In this document: positions 23,447-35,889 of the stretch, piece after piece | How the letters are laid out: every line of letters begins with the position of its first letter | Numbering within the stretch: position 1 is the first letter of the stretch | Assembly (NCBI RefSeq): GCF_009914755.1 | Contig: NC_060932.1 | From: the human T2T-CHM13v2.0 reference genome, Homo sapiens | DNA: 64,000 nucleotides | Direction: 5' to 3' (one strand) | Translations under genes and position numbers: made by a program | The notes under the pieces: generated by a model | What the model saw: the letters and a program-made list of their open reading frames with translations, nothing else | Database searches by the model: none | Told to the model about the DNA's origin: nothing

Positions 23447-24075
23447 TCCCCCACTGCACCCACAACCCCAGTGACAGCCAGGACCACCACTGCACCCACA
23501 CGGCAGTGACAGCCAGGACCCCCACTGCACCCACACGGCAGTGACAGCCAAGCCCCCCACTGCACCCACACAGCAGTGACAGCCAGGACCCCCACTGCAC
23601 CCACACAGCAGTGACAGCCAAGCCCCCCACTGCACCCACACAGCAGTGACAGCCAGGAACCCCACTGCACCCACACAATAGTGACAGCCAGAACCCCCAC
23701 TGCACCCACACCCCAGTGACAGCCAGGACCTCCACTGTGCCCACACCCCAGTGACAGTGAGGACCTCCACTGCATCCACAACCCTAGTGACAGCCAGGCC
23801 CTACATCCTGCCCACAATCACAGTGACAGCCAGGACCTCCACTGCACCCACACAACAGTGACAGCCAGGACCCCCTTCCTGCCCACAACTCCAGTGATAG
23901 CCAGGACCCCCATCCTGCCCATAGCCCCAGTGACAGCCAGGACCCCCATCCTGCCAATAGCCCCAGTGGCAGCCAGGACCTCCACTGCACCCACAACCAC
24001 AATGGCAGCCAGGCCCCCATTCCTGCCCATAACCCCAGTGACAGCCAGGCCCCCCATTCTGCCCACAACCCCAAC
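23447..24075. repeat. VNTR, 35-36 bp unit, ~17 copies
   Basis: ccccactgcacccacacagcagtgacagccaggac. tgacag recurs every 35 bp from 23472 to 23752, then every 35-36 bp to 24039. Confidence 0.97.
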
Positions 24076-24550
24076 ACCAGCAGCTCTGGATACCAGGAGT
24101 TCTCTTTGCCATCCAGGATTTTAGTAGCAAGACCTCGGCTGACCCAAATGAGGTAAGGCCACCTGGGGTCTTCACATGCCCTGCCTAATGTGAACACACA
24201 GAAGCCCTGCTGTTGCGGGACGAGCTGACTGGGGAGACCCCAGGGATGCGAAACAACATCTGGAAGGTTCACAGTGTGTCTTCACACAAATCCAAGACCT
24301 GTTCAGTCCATGCTGTCCTGGCCATGCTGGCCCTGAAGGCTGGGCTCTGCCTCCGCATTCCTCAGGAGGCTACAGGATAAATTTAGATAATGGATGTACA
24401 ACACATGGCCTGGCACACAGTAGACCAACCATGGGAGTCTCCAGTGCTCAGTAAGACTCAAGTAGGGCAGCCTTGAGTGAGCAGCCGAGTACTGCAGAAC
24501 TGAGCAAGGGTGGCATCCACCCTGTTCCCTTGCCAGCCTTCCCGGAGTTT

Positions 24551-24832
24551 ACATGGAGAGGCACTGAGCCTCCATTCCACCAGCAACCAGCACCAGTGTC
24601 AGCCACACGCAGATCCAGCTTTGAATGGATCCTTCAGCCGCAGTTGAGTCTTCAGATGATGCAGCAATGGCCAAAATCTACCTACAGTCTCACAAGAGAC
24701 CCAGAGCCAGAGCCACCCAGCTAAGCCGCTTCCAAATCTTGACTCACAGAAACTGTGAGATAACAAACATTGATTTGGTTTCAGCCACTAAGCTTTAAGC
24801 TAACTTGGCATGCAGTACCAGTAATGGATATA
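24551..24832 (+). mobile_element. MLT1F-like LTR 3' part
   Basis: gagacccagagccagagccacccagctaagccgcttccaaatcttgactcacagaaactgtgagataac matches the MLT1F/E 3' region. Confidence 0.75.
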
Positions 24833-25189
24833 CCTGCTTAACATGTTTCAGAGGCTCCACGGACACTAAGGGCCTTCCCATGTTCTGTCCCAGCCCTGCC
24901 CGGCTGCAGCCCAGGGCCCTGTGCCCTGGGGACAGCCATGCTCCAGTGCCAGCCATGTGTCTCAGTACCCATTCCTCCCTGCCTACAGGAGCTGGTGAAG
25001 CTTCCTGATGAGCTCTCCTCACTGACGCCTCATTCCTCTCCTCTCCGGTCCGAATGCACACTCACCACATGGCCCAACATGTTCTGTGCACTGACTGCTA
25101 GCCCCAGAGAAATTGCCAGTCATAAACTTCTGGAGGTCAGTGCCTAGGAAAAGAGAGGCTTCAGGGTGGCCTTGCCCCAGTGGCTCTGA

Positions 25190-25320
25190 GTTGCAAGAAC
25201 ACAGGGCACCCCTCTGCCATGTGCACCACTGGGTCCCTAGAGCCCATCCCATGCCTAACACAAAGGAGATGCTCAACAAACACATAGAGGATGATGAAGG
25301 AAGGAAGAATGAATGGATGC
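25190..25320 (+). mobile_element. LINE-2 3' end seeding the adjacent GGAT array
   Basis: ccctagagcccatcccatgcctaacacaaaggagatgctcaacaaacac...gaatgaatgg resembles the L2 terminus. Confidence 0.55.
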
Positions 25321-25985
25321 AAGGAAGGAAGGATGGAAAGATGGATGATGGGTGGATAGGTGATAGATGAATGGATGGGTGGAAGGATGAATGGTGGATG
25401 GGTGGATAATGGACGAACAGATGGTGTACAGGTGCATGGGTGGATGGTAGCTAGGTGGATGTGTGAACAGATTGTGGATGGATGGATAGATGGGTGATGA
25501 ATGGAAGGTAGATGGATGGACAGATGGTGGATAGATGGGTGGATGAGTTGATGGATGGATGGATGGATGGGTGGATGAGTGGATAGATGGATAAATGGTG
25601 GGTGGGTGGATGGATGGATGAATGGATGGATGGATGGAAGGATGGATGGATAAATGGATGGTGGGTGGATAGATGGGTGGAAGGTGGATGGATGAATGGA
25701 GGGTGGATGGATGGACAGATGGTGAATGGGTGGATAGAAGGGTGGATGGTGGGTGGATGGATGGATGATGGATGGATGAATGGATGGATGGTGGATGGGT
25801 GGATGGATGGATGGCAGATGGATAGATGGATGGATGGATGGTGGATGGGTAGATGGATGGACAGATGGACGGTAGACAGGTGGATAAATGGGTGGATGGA
25901 TAGATGGATGGATGGTGGATGGTTAGATGGATGGTGGATAGGTGAATGAATGGATGGTGGATGTGCAGATGAATGGATGGTGTAC
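25289..25985. repeat. (GGAT/TGGA)n array
   Basis: ~700 bp of ggatggatgg variants ending ~20 bp from the TSNARE1 donor site. Confidence 0.97.
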
Positions 25986-26015
25986 GGGTAGGTGGGGTAC
26001 TCACCACGGGTAGCA

Positions 26016-26354
<339 letters not shown>

Positions 26355-26619
26355 TTAAGCTCCAGAGTCAGCCAGGCATGGGTGTGATTCATGCTTTGTC
26401 CATCTTGAGCTGAGGGATCTCGGCTGTTTCTCTTCTTGGTACCTTAAATTATTTTGTAAGGATAAGATGATGCCATGGACTCCATGGAGATATTTGAAAG
26501 CCTTAAAATTAAGGTGATGCCTGGAAACTACATAGCCTGGGGCCTGGCGAATGCCAGACATATAGTCTTCACCAGATAGTCTTACTTGTATATTCTTGTG
26601 GCTATTACTAATTTAAAAA

Positions 26620-27240
26620 ATTCTGGACCCACCATCAAAGGTCTCATGGAAGAGAAAGACATTGATCTGTGCTAAGGGACTGATTAGATAGGGATTTGAA
26701 GGCTTCATGTAGAAGGCTATACCTCATTCAGGTCCTGAATGTGGGGTGGGAAACCCCTCGGCAGACCAGGGGGTGAGAGGCAAGGGATTAAGGGAGAACC
26801 CAGAGAAAAACGGGAGCTTAAATGAAATGGTAAGTACCAAGTATCCAAAGGAGGGAGCAGGGAGCAAGGGACAGGGAATGGGAAGGGAGACAGATTGGGA
26901 TGAGACAGTCCTGCAAATTATGAAGGAGTTTAGACACCACCCCTAGACAGCAGGGAAGACAGGAGTTTAGAGCAGGAGAGTGACATGTTTAGCAGTGTGT
27001 TGTTGGAGAGAGCACTCAGGAAGCCAGACAAGAGGATGGGTAGAAAAGAGATCTGAGACAAGGATGCCAGACAGGCGGAAGACTAACGTGTCCATGAAAG
27101 ATGGGCAGGGGCCTAGGGGAGGGTAGAGAAGGGAGGGTAAGATGGAACAGAGTCAAAACCAGAAGGTGGAATCCTCAGAACCTAGGAGTAACTGGATAGG
27201 GGAGAGGAGGGAAGTATAAAGGACAAGCCAAGGATGAGTC
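26620..27240 (-). mobile_element. Degenerate LINE-2 fragment
   Basis: gaaggagtttagacacc...gagtttagagcaggagagtgacatg is typical reverse-strand L2. Confidence 0.6.
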
Positions 27241-27298
27241 CCCTCGGTTACCCCTCTGGGTCATCAGTTAAATGTTGGGATGAAAATCCATTAATGCA

Positions 27299-27640
27299 AC
27301 CATCCATCCATCCATCCATCCATCCATCCATCCACCCACTCATCCATCCATCCACCCACCTATCCATCCACCCATCTACCCATCAATTCATCTATCCATC
27401 CATCCATCCATGAGCCCACTCATCCATCCATCCATCCACCTATCCATCTGTCCATCCATCCATCCGTCCACCTATCCACCCATCATCCAACCATCCATCC
27501 ATCCATCCATCCATTCAACCATCCATCCATCTACCCACCTCTCCATCCATCCATCTACCCACCTATCCATCCATCCATCCAAACATACACCCATTCATCT
27601 ACCCACCCATCTATCCACCCATCCTTCTACCCAGCTGTCC
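27299..27640. repeat. (CCAT/ATCC)n array
   Basis: ~340 bp of catccatcca variants, in the opposite orientation to the 25289-25985 array. Confidence 0.97.
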
Positions 27641-30597
27641 ATCAAGATGACCAGCCCCCAGCTCAGCTCCCTCAACTGTCTCAATGTCATTGCACCTTAA
27701 GAGGGACCCACATACTGGCCTGAAAATGACCAATTGCTGAAACAGCACCACTTCCCAGCCTTGGGAAACACATTGCTACCTGTGTTCTTGGCCAGGACAC
27801 TGAAGCTCAAAAAGGTAAAGAGACCTTCCCAGGCTTCACAGTGTGTGGCAGATCTGAGGTCCAGGTCTCTCTCCCTCTAGGTGTTGTCACAAAGTCATGT
27901 TGCTGCCTGGACATCCTAGGATGTGGGCAGGGTAATAAGGGGTTGGGGGGTGGCCAGAAGGGGACAGAAGGCCAAGAGTGAATCAGACAAAGCCCTCAGC
28001 TTACTGGTTGGCGGGGGGGCAGTCAACCCTCCTGGCAGGGACAGGGCTCTGCATCAGTGCACAGGACAAGGCGCACTGAATTAAGGACAACTTCAGGACA
28101 CATGACAGCGCCCATGGCTTAGGATACTGGGGTTTGTGGGTGGCCAGTGTCTCTCAGGTCCATGGTCCCCTCACCAGCATCGTCCCAGTCAGTAGTACAG
28201 CTGCCCTTTCCCAAGCATCATCCCCCACCACGGCACAGAGGTGGGTCCCACCAACACCCCCAGTCTACAGAAGAGGAGATGGCTCAGAAAGGTGATGTGG
28301 CCTGCCCAAAGCCACCAGCCTGAGATCTGCAAAGCCAGGATTGGAGCTGGGCACCCAGCCACAGAGCCTGCTGCTGACTCCACACCCTGCCCCATAAGCC
28401 CCGTGCACTTGGAGTTACCTGTGCCCTGTATGTGCCATAAGAGTGCAAGGTGGATTTTCCTGTGCCAGCCCTACTCCCACACTCCTGAGACGGAGCCTGA
28501 GGAACCATGCGTGGGGGTCTCCCAGGTACCTGAGGGGAGCAAAGGGCATGGAAAAGAAACAGGAGCTGAGGTCAGGCAGTTCCACTTCCAGGCCTGTGCT
28601 CCACATCACTGCCAGACCGTGGCCTTGAGCACAGTGCTGGGCCTCTCGGCAGCAGCAGTTCCCGGCCTTTGACTTGGGGTGCCATGCCCTGGTCTGCAGG
28701 CCGAGGTGCATGCTGGAGGAGCTGGTGCATGGGAAGAACTTGGTAGCCATTGCTGGAAGCACTCCCCTGGGCCTCTATCCACACACCCAGCTCCAGACCC
28801 CAGGCAGCTGACAGGCCCGGCCTGGCCTCATACTCCTCTTCAGTTGGGTGTTGTGCCCATGCCCTGCCCAGACTGGGCCCTCGGCCACTTCCTGTGGCCC
28901 TGAAGTTGGCCAACCGAGGGCCTCCTTACGTGGTCCCAGGTCAGGCCTGTCTCCCTGCGCTACGTCTCTACCCTCCATCCCCCAACCCGCTGGGTTCAAC
29001 AAATGAGGGGAGGGCGGCCGCAGGGAGGCAAGGAAGCTGGAACCACAGAAACGGACAGGCCAAAGGGGCGGACCCGGATGTAGCAAAGGATGTGCCCCAG
29101 AGGAGCCCGAGGGAGCACCTGCGGAAGAAAGGCAGGGAAAGGACGCCCAGGGACACTCTGCAGCTCCAGCCAGCTGCTGCCAAGCCCGGCCCTTCCACAG
29201 CCTCCTCTCTACCCATCACCAAGCCACCGCTCCGTATCTGGACACCGACTTCAAGGGAAGAGGCGGGCGCAGGCGATGACAGGCAGGGCCCAGGGATGCC
29301 AGATGCTGGGGCTGAGACAGTTGGCAGAGGCAGAGGCAGAGGCAGGCCTTTGAAGAGGGCTCTGCAGCCCCAGACTTGTCCAGCTCCCCTCCCCGACCCC
29401 AACTTCCGCATCAGCTGCTGCGGCCCAGCAACATCCCTGGAAGGGAGGAGCTGCCTGGCCGGAGGGGCTGAGCTCCTGCTGTGGCCAACCTTGACCTGGG
29501 GCTCACTGCAGCCCCCTGGGCCTTTCCTCACTCCAGCAGGCACCCAGACAGCCACCCTGCAGATGAGAAGCCACCCTCCCCAAGCTGAGGGAGGGGACAG
29601 CCGGCCAGGCACACAGCCCCCACTCATAGGGCTGACCTTTCTGGCTCCCCAGTGAAAATGTTTTGACCACATCCATGACCTGAGTAGACTGCAGAGGGAC
29701 CTTCCTTAACGAGGCGAGATGAATTTTCCTGTTAAATATCACTGTGTCTGGAGGATGGGCAGGACAGGCCCGTGAGGCACGAAGAGCTGGCACAGCTTTC
29801 CTGGGGCTCAGGCCCCTTTTACAGATGGGAGGGCCTAGGACCCAAGCGGGGTTTTTGGACGGGTGATGGTCAAGGCCGAGAAGCCCACCTAGAGCCCCCA
29901 CTCTTCGTGCTGGGGAAGCCTGGCCTCATCCACATCAAGCCTTGAGAACTGCCTGGGGCACGGTTCTACCCTGCCTCAGTGTCAGAGGGAAAGGAGGCTG
30001 GGGGATGCCAGGATGCCAACCCGGGAGACCTCCCTGCATCATGGGATCACAGCTGACAACATCTCAGCAACGGGGCCAGGAGGGGCCGGTGTGCTTGTGT
30101 TTAATTAACTCATTGTGTGGGCAGGGCTGGTGACCAGGCCCAGACCAGGCCCACAGACACAAGCTCACCTCCTCAGGAGGCTGAGCCCCTCCCCTGTCTG
30201 CTCTGCCTCTTGCCCCCAGCGGGAACCAGTGCCTAGGTTATGGTTTTGGAAGGCGGCTTGCTCCCTGCAGGGCGTACGCAAGGGCTCTTCCCTCTGCCTG
30301 CTGGCTCTTCATCACCATCTTCAGCCCCACCACCTCCAGGATGCCTTCCCAGATGTCCCAAGTCATGCTGAGTCGCTAGGGTCCAGAGCCTTGGCTTCCG
30401 CCTGTACAGAACCAGCCACTGCACCCTCCCAGCTTCCCCCTGCACAGAATCGACCACTGCACCCTCCCAGCTCAAATCTCACCTCCTTCCCCAGTGGAGC
30501 TGTGGGGGGCGGATGAGGTGTGGCCACCCTAGCCATCCTGAATGTGGCAGGTGCTCAGTGGAAACATGGTAACCAAGAAGAGAGAGGAGAAAACAAG

Positions 30598-31102
30598 TGA
30601 CCCCAATCATGGAGGCCGGGGAAGGCTCCAAGATGGCTCCATGACCCCAACCATGCATTCAGGGAAGGTTCCAAGATGGTGCCATGACCACCACCATGGG
30701 TTCAGGGAAGGTTCCAAGATGGCGCCATGACCACCACCATGGGTTCAGGGAAAGTTCCAGGATGGCGCCATGACCCCAACCACGGGTTCAGGGAAAGCTC
30801 CAAGATGGCTCCATGACCCCAACCACAGGTTCAGGGAAAGCTCCAAGATGGCGCCATGACCCCAACCATGGGTTCAGGGAAGGTTCCAAGATGGCGCCAT
30901 GACCACCACCATGGGTTCAGGGAAGGTTCCAAGATGGCACCATGACCACAACCACGGGTTCAGGGAAGGTTCCAGGATGGCGCCATGACCCCAACCATGG
31001 GTTCAGGGAAAGCTCCAAGATAGCTCCATGACCCCAACCATGGGTTCAGGGAAAGCTCAAGATGGCGCCATGACCCCAACCACAAGTTCAGGGAAGGCTC
31101 CA
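30598..31102. repeat. VNTR, 43-bp unit, ~11.5 copies
   Basis: ccatgaccccaaccatgggttcagggaaggttccaagatggcg. The a(a/g)gat(g/a)g core lies at 30630, 30673, 30716, 30759, 30802, 30845, 30888, 30931, 30974, 31017 and 31059. Confidence 0.97.
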
Positions 31103-31696
31103 TTAGTTCTCTGTAGATGTTGCCCAGAGGGCAGCCCAGCCCTGCTGTGTGACCAGGGCAGTCCCTCCAGCCTCTGCAGCTCCCTGTCCAGGTGAGGAAG
31201 GAGGAATGCTGGGCTGTCAGTCAGGTGGGGCACACAGATAGGCACCCCATCCACCTGCTCCCTCATCCCATTAACATGAGGGTCCACAGTGCACCCCAGA
31301 CATGGAGAGGGGGAGACGCCCAAGCCTAGAGAGGGCTACACATCTGGGGAGGCTCACCCTGGCTCCACCTCCTGAAGTCCCCTCGTCCCCCCACAACATC
31401 CTCACCCCAACTCCACCTCCTAAAGTCCCCTTGTCCCCCGCAACACCTTCCCACCAGTGTGTGAGTGCCCCAGTCTAAATACAAGCAGAAAACTAGGGAC
31501 CCCAGATGGCTGAGGAGTGCCCCCAGCAAAAGAATGGAAGCAGAACAAACGGAAAGAAATTCACAGAAACGGAGCAGGAGAAAACAGCCGCCAGCACAGC
31601 CCACAGGGAGGGCAGGCATTCGGGCACAGACTTGGGGCTGGAGGGACCAAGGGGAACCTGCCTGCACTGAGCGCCCTGGGTGCTGGTGCCCGTGGT

Positions 31697-31812
31697 CCAG
31701 AGAAGGACGTGACTCACCCAGGATACCCGCAGGCCCCAGAGAAGGACGTGACTCACCCAGGATACCCGCAGGCCCCAGAGAAGGACGTGACTCACCCAGG
31801 ATACCCACAGGC
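31697..31812. repeat. 39-bp tandem repeat, 3 copies
   Basis: ccagagaaggacgtgactcacccaggatacccgcaggcc starts at 31697, 31736 and 31775. Confidence 0.96.
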
Positions 31813-31994
31813 AGGGTCCGGCAGGTGGCTGGATGCTGGATGTCTAACGCGGGCCCCAGCGCCCTCGTCGGGCCATGAGGCCTCCTCGTCCCCACCTGGT
31901 TTGCTCCTCCCTCTGCCCCTCCACCCCCACCCCTACCCCCGGCCCCTTCCTCCTGACCCCCCTGCACCCTGGCCCCCCATTCCTCAGGAACCGC

Positions 31995-32250
31995 TTCCCA
32001 TGCAAATGCATTCAGAACACATGACGTTTCAGAAACATCTATTTGTATATATTTAGACTCCATTTCAAAAGAATTATTCAAAATCGGAGCCATTTGGATA
32101 GATGGGTGTGGAACGGATTGTTTCTTAAATGTTCACATCAAAAATACCATGTTTTCTAAGTGGATTACAAATGCTGTAATTATTGAAATGGGCGCATTCT
32201 GCTGGGGAAAATTACAGAATTATGACTTGGATCTCAGGAATGCTGTGTCC
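31995..32250. promoter_or_regulatory. Candidate intronic enhancer / conserved element
   Basis: AT-rich unique island with octamer ATGCAAAT at 32000-32007, ATTGTT and TAATTA motifs. Confidence 0.35.
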
Positions 32251-33299
32251 TTGGGCACTCACTTTAGGCCAAAGGCGGCAGCGGGTGAGAGCACATGGCG
32301 TTGGGTCCACTGTCCTGAAAGGGAAGCGGCCCTGAGCGTTTCCTCTGTGCCAGGGCCTGCCAGGGGCACGGGAGTCCTGTCTTTTAGGGAGGGCTTCATG
32401 CAGGGTGGGGGATGGACAAGTTGAGGAGCATGGCGGGGCAGGAGGAGGTGGGCACGCAGGAGGGGCTTCACCTGGCGAGGTGGGGGCACAGAAGGCTGCA
32501 AGTCCCCCAGGGGAGACGGGCTCACCTCTCCCAATTAGCCCCAGGCTGTGCAGGATGCTGGAGCTTCAGGGCAAGGACTCCGCAGCCAGGCTCCAGCCAC
32601 AGCCTCACCGCGTGGCCATGAGGCTCTGCCCATTCGAGGCTTCAGTTTCCCCGGTCAGTTTCCTCTGGAGGTGGGATCCTGGGGTGCTTTCTTTTGCTTT
32701 GACTTCTGTTACAACGAGCCTCCCTCATGAAGACAAAAATGCAAAGAGGGAAGCCTTTTAAAGAGGCTTCTGCTCCTCAGACCCACCCCCGAGATACATG
32801 CCACGGGTTCAGGGCAGGGCAGGTTCAGAGGCGGGCAGACAGAGGCAGGAGGTGGGGAGCCTGGCAGGGGCAGGTGGGGCAGGAAGAGCCTGGCCAGGGC
32901 TGAGCCCAGGACTGGGACTCTCACCCGAGGTGGCGTGACCGTCCCCACCCTCCTTCCTGCACCAAGTATCCGCTGGGCACCCTCCCTATGCTAAGCAACC
33001 TCCCGGGCTCCTCAGGCATGAGAAATCCCCCAAGTTGGCCCCCCTCCCCTGTTTCTGTGACTGAAGTCCCAGGCTGATCCCCATGTCCCCAGGCCTCCTT
33101 ACACTGGAGGCTGAATAAATGAATGAATTAATTAATTAAAAAAATTCAGAAATCCCCAAAGACACCAGGCTCCCCTAGACCCCACCTCCACACAGATGAG
33201 CTCATCCCTGACCCTCCAGACCACCACCTCTTCCCACCCTCCCTGAGCAGAGCTGACAACCACACCTGTCTGCCCCAGTCCCTCTCCTCATGTTGCGTA

Positions 33300-33625
33300 T
33301 CAATTAGTTAATCGGTGCATATTCATTGCCTATGTGCAGGGGCTGTCCTAGGTGCTGGGGATGTCAGGGAAGGAAACAAAGACCCCGCCCTGGCGCAGAC
33401 ACAGGAAGCAGGCGCAGAGGAAATGCACCCTGCGGCGGTCATGATGAGGAAAATGGGCAGGGGCTGGTCAGCAAAGGCGTCACTGCCAAGGTGACTTCTG
33501 AGTCCAGACCTGAAGGCAGGAAGGGAAGAGCCCATGGTTATGAGGGGGGAGCTTTTTAGGCAATCAAAAGCCCGGAGCCAGGGGCCTGAGGTTCCCAGAA
33601 CGGCGGGTGGGCGGGTAGCCTGGGC
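33300..33625 (-). mobile_element. LINE-2 (L2a-like) 3' fragment
   Basis: cattgcctatgtgcaggggctgtcctaggtgctggggatg...aggtgacttctgagtccagacctgaagg. Confidence 0.65.
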
Positions 33626-35199
33626 TCGCTGTTCCCTCTGCCCAGTTCTTCCCCAGAGCCCACCTCCTGCTCAGCCTCCCCTCCTGCGGCCCGACTCACC
33701 TGCCGCCTGCAGTCACACGCCTGCCACCCCTCCTGCTTCTCCCTGCGTGGACCACTCTCTCCCTGGAGGGGCTGAGGCTTCCTCTGCCTGCTGTTCCTTG
33801 ACTGCTCCGCCCACCAGTGTGTGGCTCCATGAGGGCAGGAGTCTTGGCCTGTTCAGGCCTGTGTCCCCAGCCCTAAGCTGGGGTCAATGACTGGCACACG
33901 GGCGGCTCGTGGTTTTGTGGACCTCCCTGCTGAATATCCCCACCAAGTGAAGCCACAGGGCCTTTCATGGCCTCTCCACCCAAAGGGCCTGGCACAAAGG
34001 GGCCCCCGTGAGTGCACAGGCCCTGGCTCTCTCCACCGTGTGCCAGCGGAACCACCCGGGCCCTCCCCTGAGCCTCCGTTTCCTTATCAATCGAACATTT
34101 TGACAAGGAAGTCCTCCTGAGGATGGCAGAGATGACTGCACGTTTGGTCCGTGGCCGCATGCTGTGAGTGCACAGGCATACTCTCCTTCCTGCAGACAGC
34201 CCCTTCCCAGAGCTCGGACGGGCCATGCTTGGACACTGTCACTCCAAGGATGGAGTCATGCGGTCCCACCAGCAGGCCCCGGGTGGATGCGGAGGGAGGG
34301 CCCATGAGCTGGATCTCTCCTGGACCTCTCTCTCCCGAACCATGCTTGCAGTGGCTGCTCGTGAGTCCTGTCCACCAGCCCCGCAGGGTGGCTTACAGCT
34401 TTTTAATGCGTCTGACTTAGAGAAGCGTCGGGTTGGGGGAAGGCAAGTCTACCAGAGACAAGGATCTCCTGTACCTCCCGTTTCCCTGCTGGCCCACGCC
34501 ACCCGCCTGCCCACGCCACCCGCCCAGGTCTCCATGCATCTGACTTAGGGAGGCAGCGGCTCCCTCACCCGACCCAGGAAGCACATCCGCTTCACCTAAT
34601 GCTGTGACTGTCAGGCATCCTGGTGACTGCGTTACCCGCCCCCCCTCCACCCTGCACCCCTGTTGGCCTCTTTCTGGGGAGAAGGAGTGCCGTCTGTCTC
34701 CCTGGGTCTCCAGGACCCCGGCCTACATTCCCCACCCTCCCAGGTTGCTCAGAATGTGCAGGGCCTCGACTGGGCCTGGCCCCTCTGCAGGCAGCAACCC
34801 AGGGCTCCTAGCGGCTCACATCCTCCTGGCTCCTGGGCCACCACCTGTCACCTCCATATCTGGCAATCCTGTTCCCCCTCCTTTCCTGCCTCCTTTCCAC
34901 ACCATTAACTGAACTCTTGCCACAAGTCAGGAGCTAGGGACACGGAAGGAATAAAACCCTGCCGCTGAGCCCAGTCAGCAGGGAGACACATTCGACAGAC
35001 AGATGCTGGTAGCCAGAAGCAAATGCCGGAATCTGAGGAGATGGAGCCCCACACCTGCTCCACCCCACACCGTGGTACCTCTCCTGCCACCATCTGCCAG
35101 CTGCTCCCCAGAGCCCCATTTCTCCCCTCCACGCCATTCTCCAGCCAGAACCATGCTCAAGGCTCCAAGCCACACTCCTCCTGCCTCACCTCCCCAGCC

Positions 35200-35345
35200 C
35201 CTCCCCTGCACACTCCTGCTGCTCACTTGCACATGCACACCTGCCCCTGCACACCCGCCCCTGCACGCCCGCCCCTGCACGCCCACCCCTGCACGCCCGC
35301 CCCTGCACACCTGCCCCTGTACACCCACCCCTGCACACCTGCCTC
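35200..35345. repeat. Short C-rich minisatellite (cccctgcac(a/g)cc(t/c)g, ~14-18 bp)
   Basis: Repeated cccctgcacac/cccctgcacgcc motifs. Confidence 0.8.
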
Positions 35346-35889
35346 TGCCAAACACCTGTCTCCCCTTCCTCACCTGGCTCCTGCCTACTCAGTCTCCCAA
35401 CCTCAGCTCAGGTGGCATCTCCTCCAGGAAGCCTCTCAGACTTCTGCTCACCAGCCAGGGGAGGTGTTGCTAGCACGGCTTCCACAGAATCCCACCGGGG
35501 CAGGGGTGGTGTCTGGCTCGTCCCTGGCACTGCAGACTCCATGACACTTGGTAAACAAATGTGCAGATGCACCAGCTGGGCCTAGGGGTGGGATGTGGGA
35601 GCCAGAGGGCAGGCAGGAAAGGCCCCCAGGAAGGGGGACTGGTTTGGGTGAAGGCCTACAGGAGAGAAAGTTCTAGGGCTCAGGGGAAGCTTGGCACAGC
35701 CAGAAAACTGAGTTCAAGGTCCCACTGAGCCTCCGCTGCCATCAGCAGCCAAACCTTAGCCAGGTGGGCTTCCCAGAGCAGACACCCCTCCTTTCTGCAG
35801 AAGAAGGTGGCCGGGGGCAGCCACGCCCTTTCCACAAGGAGCCTTAAAGCCCCTTGGGTAAGAGCCAAGACAGGCCTGGAGAGTGTGAA

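Noticed and set aside
23313-24272. Metallothionein- or keratin-associated-like Cys/Gly ORFs (CGCSGGPGCHCC)
   Set aside because: These are frame-cycling translations of the 35/36-bp VNTR, with no supporting splice or promoter signals.
30598-31102. CRISPR-like appearance of regularly spaced repeats (also 23447-24075 and 48190-48679)
   Set aside because: The units are head-to-tail with no unique spacers and no cas genes, in primate DNA.
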